A DNA stretch of 64,000 bases, taken from positions 23,870,001 to 23,934,000 of the forward strand of contig OX597837.1 in the NCBI GenBank assembly GCA_951406725.2. Direction: 5' to 3'. The notes beneath the pieces were generated by a model. It was not told where the DNA came from, did not search any database, and saw only the letters and a list, made by a program, of their open reading frames with translations. How positions within the stretch are numbered: the first letter of the stretch is position 1; each line of letters starts with the position of its first letter. Source of the DNA: Octopus vulgaris (lineage: Eukaryota). The translations under genes and the position numbers were made by a program. Below, one piece after another: positions 12,715 to 24,740 of this stretch.

Positions 12715-12928
12715 CAGGGGTGGGCAAACTTTTTTGATCGCGGGCCGCACAGTGCGTCTTTGGAACCTTGGCGGGCCTCATTTATAAAAATCAAGTGAAA
12801 ATATTGTGAATTACCGTACAACTGAAACAGTTACGAAGCATCTGCATAGAAGTTGGGATTCATAAAAGCTCTCGGTGGGCCGCATGAAAACCTATGGCGG
12901 GCCGCGGGCCGTAGTTTGCCCACCCCTG
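12715..12928. mobile_element. hAT (Charlie-like) MITE, 214 bp
   Basis: Perfect 16-bp TIRs CAGGGGTGGGCAAACT / AGTTTGCCCACCCCTG; 8-bp TSD CTCTAACC at 12707-12714 and 12929-12936; GC- and CpG-rich. Confidence 0.92.
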
Positions 12929-13018
12929 CTCTAACCCATGGGTCTGTTTGGGTAGTTATTGCTAGTAAGAGTTTTTTATAAGATCAGAGCACAAATTCTC
13001 TTCAACCTATATAGTAGA

Positions 13019-13640
13019 AGGCAGCGAGCTGGCAGAACCATAGTGAGTTTGATTCTTGGACTGGGCTGTGTGTTGTGTTCTTGAGCAAGACACTTTATTT
13101 TACATAAAAAACACCATCCAAGCGTGGCCGTTCGCCAGCCTCGTCTGGCACCTGTGTCGGTGGCACATAAAAAACACCATCCGAGCGTGGCCGTTTGCCA
13201 GCCTCGTCTGGCACCTGTGTCGGTGGCACATAAAATCACCCACTACACTCTCGGAGTGGTTGGCGTTAGGAAGGGCATCCAGCTGTAGAAACACTGCCAG
13301 ATCTGACTGGCCTGGTGCAGCCTTCGGGCTCCCCAGACCCCAGTTGAACCGTCCAACCCATGCTAGCATGGAAAGCGGATGTTAAATGATGATGATGATG
13401 ATGATGTTCCGGTTTGCTCAGTGGTAGAAATGAGTTGCGACACCACTGGTGCCAAGCTGTATCAGCCTTTGCCTTTCCCTTGGATAATATAGGTGGTATG
13501 GAGAGGGGAAGCTGGTATGCATGGGTGACTGCTGGTCTTCTATAAACAATTTTGTCCAGATTTGTGCTTCAGATGGGAACCTTCTAGGTGCAATCCCATG
13601 GTCGTTCATGACTGAAGGCCTTTACTCTTTACTCTTACAG
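13019..13640 (+). mobile_element. Composite: family B head, family D SINE body, and a nested RTE 3' UTR (13100-13405)
   Basis: aaggcagcgagctggcagaa; gtgttgtgttcttgagcaagacactttat; family C repeats and (GAT)n; family D resumes near 13406. Confidence 0.75.
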
Positions 13641-14182
13641 TGCATCTAAGACCACATTATCTAACATCTTTATTTTTAAGATTTTAGAGATAGTGTGTAG
13701 TTTGAGAAAAATTTGGCTGCTATTTCTGCCAAGTTGCTCTACCATATCAAATGCTCCCTCTTGAATGAAATAATTCATTTCTATAATTGATAAATGAACC
13801 AACAAAGCAAGTACTAGAGAAATAAATATTTCTTGGTAGAAGATGAGAGCGAAAAACCAGAGAGACAGTAACGAAAAGACACAATAAATTGATAAATTTC
13901 TAACAAATTTTAACTGGAGTCTATTTTTGAAGGTTTATTTATATGGAAACTTTAAGTAACTTTAGTAAAATGAAGCCAAGCCTCTTCCCCACTGCCACTA
14001 CTGTCAATAGTGAAGGAAATGTAGATAAAATGAAGTAGTCGTCATAATGTATGACACCAGTCTGTAGAATTGATGTATTTGGTTAGAAGAAGGTTTGACT
14101 TTTTCTAAACATAGAGCCATTATGTAAGTTAATATAAATAACTGATTGATAAATTATATTGACTGTAGTATTTGGAATCTTA

Positions 14183-14187
14183 GTGTC

Positions 14188-14236
<49 letters not shown>

Positions 14237-14570
14237 ATATATATGTATGTATATATATGTATATGTATATGTATGTGTGTGTGTATATATATGTATGTAT
14301 ATATATATGTATATGTATATATGTATGTATATATATGTATATGTATATATGTATGTATATATATGTATATGTATGTATATGTATGTATGTATATGTATAT
14401 ATGTATGTATATATATATATGTATATATGTATATGTATATATGTATGTATATGTATATATGTATATATATGTATATATATATATGTATGTATATATATAT
14501 GTATATGTATATATATATATGTATTTATATATATATATGTATATATGTGCGTGTGTATCTGTATGTGCTC
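14183..14570. repeat. (TA/TG)n compound microsatellite
   Basis: Directly visible; source of several spurious ORFs. Confidence 0.95.
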
Positions 14571-14928
14571 AGCTGTATGTGTGCATTTTTTTATCAGATG
14601 CAAGTATGTGTCCAAATGGTTAAAAAGCTTCACTTCATCATGATGTTCCTGTTTCAATCCCATATTAAGGCATCATGGGTGAGTATCTTTCTCCGAAAGG
14701 TACGGGATTGAGGATTGAGTAACACAAGATAAAGAGTGAGGGATTGCAATGAAGATTAGTAATGACAAGGGAAAGTGAGAGAGAGAGAGAGAGTGATGGA
14801 TGTTAATACTGAGTGATAAGGTAGTATTAATCAATATTTCATGTAATTTTCTTTTTTTTAAACTTATTTCTCAATTTTTTAAAAAATTTATTTTTGTGTT
14901 ATTTATGTTTTCCAGCATTTCTCAGAAG

Positions 14929-15026
14929 ATGGTGAGAATGATCAAGATGAAATCCTGTTTGGATGCCTTCCGCTATTTGTCATCAGTAGCAACACTCAGG
15001 TCTTATGAACATGTGAATACAAAACG
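14929..15026 (+). CDS. CPOX: First coding exon (exon 14916-15026) of probable mitochondrial coproporphyrinogen-III oxidase; matrix-targeting-like peptide MVRMIKMKSCLDAFRYLSSVATLRSYEHVNTK(R)
   Basis: Acceptor tttatgttttccag at 14915, aagATGG Kozak context at 14929, donor CG|gtaaga at 15027. Ends in phase 2, matching the next exon. Basic and hydroxyl-rich with few acidic residues. Confidence 0.65.
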
Positions 15027-15449
15027 GTAAGAAGAACTTTTTCTTTGGTACTTTTTGGGGGTTTTTCACTAACAGAAAATTCTAAACCAATTACCTTTTG
15101 TATATTGGGCCATGCAAAATGTTAAACAAAAGATGATCAGTGCTTCAGCTGTGGCTACTTGTTTGCTTTTTTCAAACGAGCACAAAATAGCTGTGTTAAG
15201 AACCCCACATCTCAACCAAGGGGGCTCCAAGTTTGATCTTATTGTGTGGCACCTTGAGAAACTGTTTTCTATTATAATCTTAAATTGACCAATTTCTTAT
15301 GAATTACATTTCATAGAAGAAAACTGTGCAGATGTCCATCCTGTGTATGTATATATATATATATATATATGGGTTGGACAGTATGACCAGGGATCTGGGA
15401 AGCCAGAAGGCTGCACCAGGCCCCAGTCTGATCTGACAGTGTTTCTACA

Positions 15450-15625
15450 CTAGTGGGAGAATTCACAAAAGACAAAGACAGGTGGTGTAGACAACAAACA
15501 GATGTATTAGTATAATGCTCAGGAAGTGGAAAAGTCCTTAACATTTCAAGCGTATGCTCTTCCACAAAAAGAAACAAGGATAGAAAATAAAGAATGTATA
15601 GTGGCTAGCGATCTATCATGGCAAA
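15450..15625 (-). mobile_element. Short Penelope-like terminal-repeat remnant with a degenerate hammerhead-like motif
   Basis: - strand UGUGGAA GAGC auac GCUU GAAAU GUU; related to 41570-41770. Confidence 0.45.
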
Positions 15626-15642
15626 TCATATATATATATACT

Positions 15643-15836
15643 ATTGAACCTTACGTGACCACGTGTGTACCGTTGGCGGTTTTTTTTTCCTCCGTCTTCC
15701 CTTCTCTGGATCTTTCCTTTTCCTATGTTTCTGACGAAGAGCTCTGCTCGAAATGTAAAACCCTCCTTCTTCCCTTCCTTCCTGAGCGTCCAATAATACT
15801 ATATTTGTTCCACGTCCTCGCGTTGTTGTTTTCTCT
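15643..15836 (+). mobile_element. Short Penelope-like element with a type-I hammerhead motif (15727-15761)
   Basis: GUUU CUGACGA A GAGC ucu GCUC GAAA U GUA AAAC: stem I GUUU/AAAC, stem II GAGC/GCUC. Confidence 0.65.
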
Positions 15837-16093
15837 TAGTGGTTAGGGGTGTTGCACTCATGGCTTAGCAATCATGATTTCAGTTCCTAGGCCATGTGGT
15901 AGGTTATGTTCTTGAGCAAAATACTATCTCACATTGCTCTGCAATCACTTCAACCCCTGACATGTGATACACCATTGCACCTGTTCAGACAACATCAATT
16001 TGATGGAGAGAGTGAGATAATGTGCAGCACAAGCATTCTATCTCTATAAACAAATCATTTTTGCAGGTCGTTCAGCAAAAGCTGAACACTCAT
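15836..16093 (+). mobile_element. tRNA-derived SINE family G (diverged)
   Basis: cttagtggttaggg head; body homologous to 60035-60785. Confidence 0.6.
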
Positions 16094-16509
16094 ACTCTTT
16101 ACTCTCTCTTTTACTCTTTTACTTGTTTCAGTCATTTGACTGCGGCCATGCTGGAGCACCACCTTTAATCGAGCAACTCGACTCTGGGACTTATTCTTTT
16201 GTAAGCCCTGTACTTATTCTATCGGTCTCTTTTGCCGAACCGCTAAGTAACGGGGACATAAACACACCAGCATCGGTTGTCAAGCAATGCTAGGGGGACA
16301 AACACAAACACACACACGCATATATATATATATATACATATATACGACGGACTTCTTTCAGTTTCCGTCTACCAAATCCACTCACAAGGCTTTGGTTGGC
16401 CCAAGGCTATAGTAGAAGACACTTGCCCAAGGTGCCACACATTGGGACTGAACCCAGAATCATGTGGTTGGTAAACAAGCTACTTACCACACAGCCACTC
16501 CTGCGCCTA
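16094..16509 (-). mobile_element. SINE family A
   Basis: Full-length match to the family consensus. Confidence 0.9.
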
Positions 16510-16851
16510 TGTCATCTTCAGCCGGAAAGTGCATCATATGCACATGCACGCATGCACATACACATGTGTGCACACACACACACACACAAAATGATGATGA
16601 AGAAACTAAAAGAAGGAGAGCCCATTTCTGAAAACTGACAATTATTTGTATCAGGCATTCAGCTGTAAAAATCATACCAAAAATGGAATGTACTGGTGAG
16701 ACATCCCTGAATTGTCCAAGAGAGTAGTAGCTCTAAGTACGAATTGATTTGGAACTTCACAATGTACCCAACCCATGGCAGCATCTTAGGCGGATGCAAA
16801 ATGACAATGATAATGATGAATAAATGTTAACTGGTATAGTTGTATGAATTA

Positions 16852-17490
16852 GCGCAGGCAATGTCTGTGTGATAAGAAATTTGTTTCCCAGCCACTTGGT
16901 TTTGAATTCAGTCCCAATTCGTGGCACCTTGGGTAAGTGTCTTCTACTATATATTTCTTTACTACCCACAAGGGGCTAAACACAGAGGGGACAAACAAGG
17001 ACAGACAAACGGATTAAGTCGATTACATCGACCCCAGTGCGTAACTGGTACTTAATTTATCGACCCTGAAAGGATGAAAGGCAAAGTCGACCTCAGCGGA
17101 ATTTGAACTCGGAACGTAACGGCAGACGAAATACAGCTACGCATTTCACTCGGCGTGCTACTGGTTCTGCCAGCTCGCCGCCTTCTACTATAGCCTTAGG
17201 CCAACCGAAGCCTTGCGAGTGGACTTGGTAGGTGAAAACTGAAAGAAGCCTGTCATGTGTGTGTGTCTTTGTGACTGCCTTTGTCCTCCACCACTGCTTT
17301 ATAACCTGTATTGATGTGTTTACATCCTCATAACCTAGCAGTTTGGCAAAAGAGACTGATAGAATAAGTACCAGGATTTTTTTTTGAAAATATCTAAGTA
17401 CTGGGGTTGAATCATTCAGCTAAAATTCTTTGAGGTGGTGCCCCAGCATGGCCACAGTCTAATCACTGAAATAAGTCAAAGGCTGAAAGA
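16852..17490 (+). mobile_element. Older SINE family A with a nested family B copy (16952-17181, - strand)
   Basis: TSD cttctactata at 16941-16951 and 17182-17192. Confidence 0.85.
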
Positions 17491-17994
17491 TAACAGTTCC
17501 TTCTTTCTTGTAAGTTTGCCAGTGTTTATTAAATGTTGGCTTATTAATTGTCGAAATAACTGTTTTGACAACTGGTTTCCCTTCACTGAACCATAACAAC
17601 AGGAGAACCAGTCAACAAGAGGTAACTGGAATGATTCATCTATTCACCCTTCTCTGTTTTTTTGTTTTTTTTAATAACTGGCCTGAAATCACACTTGTTA
17701 AATTGTTCATATTTCAGTCAAAATCTCAATTAAAATCTCATTATCACATAAGTAATATCATGAAATTCTACTTTGAGAATATCTAGAAAATATACCAGAA
17801 TAACACGCAAGAGAGAGTCTCTGGTGTGATTGCCCTACATGCTAGCAATAGCAACCAAATCTCTCTCAAATAACGCATCCACCGTCTTAGAAAAAAGATA
17901 CACTGAATAATGTGATCCCGGGTTCTCTGTGCATAGGAAAAAGACAGGATGGTCATATCTAGAATGTCCTTGATCATAGCATCAGTTGTTAGTT

Positions 17995-18195
17995 GTCGGA
18001 GCACTGCATCCTTCAAAACTTCCATGCTTCCTGAGATTCGCCAACACTACACCTGATTTTCTCCCCTCCATACACATGCAAGGCATGTATCTGACTCATA
18101 CACTGTTCGCTTCCCACACATTTGTACATTACTGCATATGCTTTATATGCACTTTTGACAAGTTGTGGTGCACCTGAGCACTGTATACAATAATT

Positions 18196-18288
<93 letters not shown>
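17995..18288 (+). mobile_element. Probable CR1/L2-type LINE 3' end with (ATT)n tail
   Basis: SFKTSMLPEIRQHYT* followed by a UTR, caataatttc and (att)n. Confidence 0.4.
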
Positions 18289-18289
<1 letters not shown>

Positions 18290-19068
18290 GGTCAGCTTGG
18301 TTAGGGCTGACCAGAAACTAAATAATAACAACAACCAATATATAAAAAATTACAGATATTTCTGTAAAACTTTTTCAAAGACTTCTTAGAGAAGACTTTG
18401 GAAATTAATATATTTGAAGATTAATTAATGTAGTGAAAATTAATCGAAACACTTAGGCAGCCTACTCATTAGAAATATAATTAAGAAAAGGTTAATAAAG
18501 CTTGCAAAAATTGAATAAGTTTGCATGTGATACAGAGAAGCAGTTGCTTATGATTCTGTAGTTGTTCTTTTTTTTGTTTTTTTTTTTCTTCATTTAGTCT
18601 CAAACATAAGAATTTACCTTATCACTTCTTCCAGTGCACAAACTTATCAAGTTTGTGTCCCATAAAGAGTCATGTCTTCTAATGTTTCAATGGAGCCTTT
18701 CTTTTCATTTCTTCTCCAAGAAAGATAACGATTCTGTCCACAACAATGTTAAAATTTACATCTTACGTTTTTTGCAGCATACAAGCTTATTTAGTTTTTA
18801 GTACAAATTTTATTCACATATTTTTGCTGACAAAGGCTATCAATTGTTTCCATGAACATAATGTCTTTCTGAACTAGTTATAGCCATGGCATGTCTGTGT
18901 GGTAAGAAGCTTACTTCCTAACCACATGGTCATGGGTCCAGTCCCACTGAGTGGCACCTTGGGCAAATGTCTTCTACTACAGCCTCAGGCCAATTAAATC
19001 CTTATGAGTGGATTTGGCAGGCAGAAACTGAAAAAAGCTTGTTGTATATTTATGATTCTGATGATGAA

Positions 19069-19380
19069 AGCACATTGCTCAGTGGTTAGAGGCAGTGAGT
19101 TCAATTCCTGAATCAGGCTGTGTTTTTGAGTAAGATACTTTATTTCACGTTGCTCCAGTTCACTCAGCTGCAGAAATGAGTTGTGATGTCACTGGTGCCA
19201 AGCTGTATCAGCTTTTGCCTTTCTCTTGGATGACATCTGTGGCATGGAAAAGGGTGGCTGGTATGCATGAGTGACTGCTGGCCTTCCATGGAATAACCTT
19301 GCCCAGACTTGTGTCTCAGAGGGGAACTTTCTAGGTGCAATACCATGGTTATTCATGACTGAAGGGGGTCTTTATCCTTA
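19069..19380 (+). mobile_element. SINE family D (diverged)
   Basis: Homologous to 43276-43610. Confidence 0.8.
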
Positions 19381-19444
19381 CCAGTGATGATGATAATGAT
19401 ATATATATATACATATATGTTTGTCCCCCACCACCACTTGGCAG

Positions 19445-19795
19445 CCAGGGAAATCGTAGTTGTGGTCAATGCTGGTGACCTGTAACTGGTACCCTATGCC
19501 AGTGGCTCATAAAAAGTGCCCTTTGAACATTGGACTTCACAGACGCAATAAGTGACCGAATCCTTTGGTGATATGCCATGCTTGAGAAGACTCATCAAGC
19601 CAAGTGAAATCGTAGTTGTGGCACATAAAGAGCACCCATTACACTCTTGGAGTGGTTGGCATTAGGAAGGGCATCCAGCTGTAGAAACCATGTCAAATCA
19701 GACTGGAACCTGGTGCACCCCTCTGGCTTACCAGTTCCAGTCAAACCATCTAACCCATGCCAGCATGAAAAGCAGACGTAAAATGATGATGATGA
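19445..19795 (+). mobile_element. RTE 3' UTR fragment (family C)
   Basis: ggagtggttggcattaggaagggcatccagctgtagaaacc...(gat)n. Confidence 0.75.
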
Positions 19796-21535
19796 ACCTT
19801 TTCTGTGAAATTGACTCTGTAGTCTGGTATCAGTCTCTAATAACTGTTTCCCTTCACTGATATTCTTAATTTCCTTGGAAATATCATAAATCCATGCCTG
19901 TCACTAAGGGTGGGGTGCACTGGACGGCACTGCCCCCTCACCATTCAGTGGTGCACCCTCAGATTTAGAGAATACAGTTTACAAAAATCTTCCTGCAATG
20001 CATTTCCTGAAGTCTGACTAACATGCTCATTGAATGGGGGGAGGGCACTATTGAATGGTGCACCCTCAGATTTGGAAAATACAGTTTACAAAAATCTCCC
20101 TGCAATACAAATTTCTGCCCATCCAGAATATTCTTAAACACCCCCCAGTCACCAAAATCTGCCAACAGGCTTGCATAAATCTCACGTCTTTCCATGTCCT
20201 ATTTTTCTACAAAGACTTTCTTCAGCAGAATTCTCAGTCACCAAACTTGAGGATAAAGTCCAGTTTCCTTTCTGCTTTGTCTCCCAAATTCTTCTTGTTC
20301 TCCATTCTGGGTGTACTGATTTTGCTGTTTTTTCCCCCAGTTTTAACGATGTGTGAAATTGACTTCAAGTATTTGGAAAAAATCCAGTTATTGTTGAAAG
20401 TTTGATCTAAACAACCATAGAAAGATTGATAGCTTCTACTCTGCCAAAATCCTGTTATTACACTTAATATATCGATTGTAAATTATATCATTTTCTGAGA
20501 AAAAATTTTTTTTTTTTTCTCTCTGCAATTATTGATTTATTTGTGTTCTTTTTTCTTGTTTATTTTTCTTTTTTGGTTTTCCTTTCATCTGTCTCTTAAT
20601 CTCATCTTCTTTTGTCCTTCAATAGACTTCCCCTCCCTCTACTTTGTCTCCATTTCCATACAACACTAACATTTTGATTTAAATTTCATTGAATTTTTTC
20701 TTTGCTCTCTCTGTCTCTTTCTTTCTCTCTCTCTCTCCCTTTCTCTCTCTATCTCTCTCTCACCACCACCAACCTACCTCCTCCCTCTCCCCCTGTAGTC
20801 TGCAGGTTTCTCCGAGAAATAAGAATACAGATTATTTCCCTTGTATTGCACCAGTCTTCTGCATAGTTTATAGATTTGTTGCATGTTTATAAATGTCTAG
20901 ACTACTTTTTTCCTGTCTTCCTCTTTTGATAACACTGACCATAACTGCTACACCACATTAATGTATCTCCTGTTATTTTATTGGTAAATGATTCTTTTTT
21001 TTCTTTTTAGCATTGAATGCTATAGCACTTGTACACACATGCAAAATACATACATATGTGCTTATATACATATATCAAATTCATACAACATATAATACAC
21101 AAAAGGCCACAGGTATGGTTGTGTGCTGAAGAAGTTTTCCTTTGCCACCAGTGATTCTAGGTTCAGTTCCCTCCCCAGCACATTGGGCAAGCATCTTCTA
21201 CCATAGTCTTGTGAGTGGAATTTTGAAACTGGACTCTTCCAGCATATATATATTTAATCAGCTGCATAGTCATGGTACAGAAGCTATATTTTGTTTGTCT
21301 GTGCTTCATGTCTCTTCCTTTGCAGAGCCTCTCTGAAACACATCGGAATAGCCAAAGAAAACTCTTTGCTGATCGTTTAACCATATGAGACAAACTCTTG
21401 AAGTACCCTGTTCTTTCATTCAAAAATGACAACCAACACCACCTATCATCAGAAATGATGATCTACATCATCTATCATCAAAAATGACGATCCACATCAT
21501 CTATTATCAAAAATGACAATTTACATCACCTATCA

Positions 21536-21843
21536 TCAATGGAGAAGTTCTTAAGCGGATCAGGCTGAAAATGTCGCTAGAAGCTAGGATCACCAAGCAT
21601 AGATTGGCATATTTCGGTCATATTATGCAGAGAAAATCCCTGGAGAAGGACATCATGCTCGGAATGGTCAGTGGCAAGAGAGGAAGAGGCCGACCAAGAA
21701 CCCACTGGCTTGACACCATCAAGAGTGATACCGGAATGGACATAGCCAGTCTGAAAGAATGGGCCCAGGATAGAACTGACTGGAGGACACTGATCCAATG
21801 AGTAACCGAGAGTCAACTTCAACTGAGCAGATAGATAGATAGA
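21536..21843 (+). mobile_element. 5'-truncated BovB-like RTE LINE 3' end with (GATA)n tail
   Basis: EVLKRIRLKMSLEARITKHRLAYFGHIMQRKSLEKDIMLGMVSGKRGRGRPRTHWLDTIKSDTGMDIASLKEWAQDRTDWRTLIQ*VTESQLQLS; atcatcaa flanks both sides. Confidence 0.85.
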
Positions 21844-21904
21844 TCATCAAAAATGATCTTCATCACCTATTAGAACGGTTCTGATGTCCTTATTTTAATG
21901 TCAG

Positions 21905-22632
21905 CAATGATGGTGTAGTCTACTGCTTTTGCTTCATTTTTGTTTTCACATTGCATCTGTACTTTTACATTTCAGCAAGTTTTTATTAGTATTTAAGTGA
22001 TCAAACGATTCTTGACCCACAATGATTCGATTCTCTATTTCATTCATATGCTACTAGACACAATGCAAATTTTGCAGCAACATGTTACATCTTTAGTTTT
22101 CTTTTAAAAATCATGTGGTGAAAACATTTGCATTTGCTTACTTCTTCAGAAATTTCATCAATAGTCAGGCAATGGTTTTTATAGATCAATAGATCACAGC
22201 ATTCACTTTCACAAAGTGATTATCGTTGTCCATTGTCATGGAACATCATCAAGATTTTGTATCATTGTTGGTGAATGTTTTTCTTCATTTAAAAAGTTAA
22301 TACCATTTGTGACATTGCATACAGTTCAGTCTCCCTCAAAAGCTTGGTGCAACACTGGAAAAAGATTTGCACAAGTTAAGTTTTTCTCTGATTTGAAACA
22401 GAATTTCACACAAACTTGTTACTCTTCCAAATCCTTCACTGTTCAACATACAATAAACCACCAAGTGCTGTAGACATACATTCACCCTAATTCATGCATC
22501 AAAGACTAATTGATATGGCTTGACATAACTGTGTGGGTTACCTTGTATAGGTGGCCGTGACTAAAAGGCAGAGTCTTTGTTAGCCCTCTGTTTTTTTACA
22601 AAGTTCAATTTCTTTTTGGACAGATTTCATAT
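21905..22632 (-). mobile_element. Decayed mariner transposon, 5' half
   Basis: Across stops and frameshifts: EE*QVCVKFCFK...LHQAFEGD...CLTIDEISEEV...LKM*HVAAKF...ENRIIVGQE; TIR-like tatgaaatctgtccaaaaag at the right edge. Confidence 0.7.
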
Positions 22633-23049
22633 ACTCTTTACTCTCTTTATTCTTTTACTTGTTTCAGTCATTTGACTGTGGCCATGCTAGAGCACCGCCT
22701 TTAGTCGATCAAATCAACCCCAGGACTTATTCTTTGTAAGCCTAGTACTTATTTTATCGGTCTCTTTTTGCTGAACCGCTAAGTTACGGGGACGTATACA
22801 CACCAGCATCGGTTGTCAAGCGATGTTGGGGGGACAAACACAGACACACAAACACGCACATACACATATATATATATACTTATATACGATGGGCTTCTTT
22901 CAGTTTCCGTCTACCAAATCCACTCACAAGGCTTTGGTCGGCCCGAGGCCATAGTAGAAGACACTTGCCCAAGGTGCCATGCAGTGGGACTGATCCCGGA
23001 ACCATGTGGTTCGTAAGCAAGCTACTTACCACACAGCCACTCCTGCGCT
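22633..23049 (-). mobile_element. SINE family A
   Basis: Full-length match to the family consensus. Confidence 0.9.
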
Positions 23050-23084
23050 TACATACATAATACATACACATTTACATGTATGTA

Positions 23085-23405
23085 TACTGGTACCATGTAA
23101 AAACCACCCATGCTGGTGTCACATAAGGGAGCATTCATGCTGGTAACATGTACAAGTGCACCCATCCTGGTACCATGTAAAAAGTGTCCATATCAGTGCC
23201 ACATAAAAGTGCACCCGTGCTGGAACCATGTACTAAGTATCCAGTATGCTCTGTAAAGTGACTGATGTTAGGAAGGGCATCCAGCCATGGAAACCACACC
23301 AGAACAGATGACTGGAGCCTGGTGCAGCCTTCTAGATTGCCAGCTTCTGTCAAACCATCTAGCCCATGCCAACATGGGAAATAAACACTAAATGATGATG
23401 ATGAC
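23085..23405 (+). mobile_element. Diverged RTE 3' UTR (family C variant with ~30-bp repeats)
   Basis: Repeated tgctggtaccatgtaaaaagcaccc units, then the family C tail. Confidence 0.65.
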
Positions 23406-23417
23406 ACACACACACCT

Positions 23418-23640
23418 GTTTCTTTACTACCCACAAGGGGCTAAACACAGAGGGGATAAACAAGGACAGACACACGGATTAAGTCGGTTATATCAACCCC
23501 AGTGCGTAACTGGTACTCATTTAATCAACCCCGAAAGGATGAAAGGCAAAGTCGACCATGGCGGTATTTGAACTCAGAACGTAACGGCAGACGAAATACG
23601 GCTACACATTTCGCCCGGCGTGCTACCGTTTCTGCCAGCT
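23418..23640 (-). mobile_element. SINE family B
   Basis: Match to the family consensus. Confidence 0.85.
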
Positions 23641-24216
23641 CACACACCATCATCATCATTGTCCTCATCGTTGTCACCTAACATCCATGTTCCATACTGG
23701 CATGAGTTGGACAGTTTGACAAGATCCAATGGGCCTAAACACTGCATCATGCTCTAGTGTGTTTTGGCATGGTCTTTACAACTGAATACTCTTCTGGATG
23801 CTAGCCACTTGGCCATATCTACTGGGTGCATTTTTCATCCCACCAGCACTAGTGAGGTTACCATGCAACTCAATGGCTATGACCCCCAAGTGGATGCTGG
23901 CTTTATGCTAAGAGTCGAGAGGTTAAAATGTGTGAGAAAGAGGCGGAGCAGGTTCTTGCTGGAAAGAATTTATGTGGCTACTCACATTTGGAAGACAGGG
24001 TGAGAATGGTCAGGTGGAGCTGCAAAAAGATAAATAGTTGGGATGTGTCCAGATGGCCCCTCAAAGGTAGAAGAGGAGTAGAGGTGAATAGAGACAAAGG
24101 AATTAGGAGCATGGCTGAATGGATTCGGTGTTTTGCATGATATTAGGGTGTTGGGAAATATATATTAGTGACAGAGGCAGTATGAATAATACAGAGAGGG
24201 ATTATTTAGGCAGTAT

Positions 24217-24733
24217 TATCGTAAAACCTCAAGTATAATCTGCATTTTTTTCCCAAAATTTAAAGGTCAAAATCCCTAGTGCATACTACATACGAGGTTA
24301 AAAATGAAAATTATTTTCTAAGCAATGTCCGAGTCTCTATTTGCTGTCCAGCAATGTTTATTCAGATGCATTTTGTGATGTAGGGCACGAAAATACCTTA
24401 AGCTAAGCCTGAAAGCAATGAAGTCATAAAAGAATCATCCATAACTTGCAGTAAGCAACATTTATTAAATGTTATTACTGTTATTTCTTTATTTTCTGCA
24501 AATAAAATTACACAAAAAAGCTACACATTTGCATTATGTTATATATACAATAATAATAAAGGACGTTACCGTATACATTTTTACAAACAAAGGACATTAT
24601 ATAGACCTCCTTGACTCAAGTTAGAGAAGGGGTGTGTATTATACACAAGGTTTAGGTTTTTCAGAGGGACAGCCCCCTAAAAATCCCCTGTGTATTATAC
24701 TCAAGGGTGGACTATACTCGAGGATTTACTGTA
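24217..24733. mobile_element. Non-autonomous Tc1/mariner-superfamily (pogo-like) MITE
   Basis: TA-flanked imperfect TIRs tatcgtaaaacctcaagtataatc / gactatactcgaggatttactgta; inverted second copy at 38741-39327. Confidence 0.75.
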
Positions 24734-24740
24734 ATACAAA

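Noticed and set aside
14598-14679. AG...GTGAGT-bounded segment just upstream of the first coding exon
   Set aside because: The sequence is a degenerate SINE family A head. An exonised 5' UTR is possible but unsupported without transcripts.
14146-14711. Long ORFs of 150-214 aa here and at 9541, 28469, 39768, 47594 and 52362
   Set aside because: They are translations of microsatellites that lack stop codons by composition.
14916-15008. Alternative frame of the first exon (HFSEDGENDQDEILFG...)
   Set aside because: It hits TGA before the strong donor and does not join the next exon.
20806-20892. Acceptor-like ctgcag followed by VSPRNKNTDYFPCIAPVF...
   Set aside because: No convincing donor, an early stop, and the phase does not fit the flanking exons.
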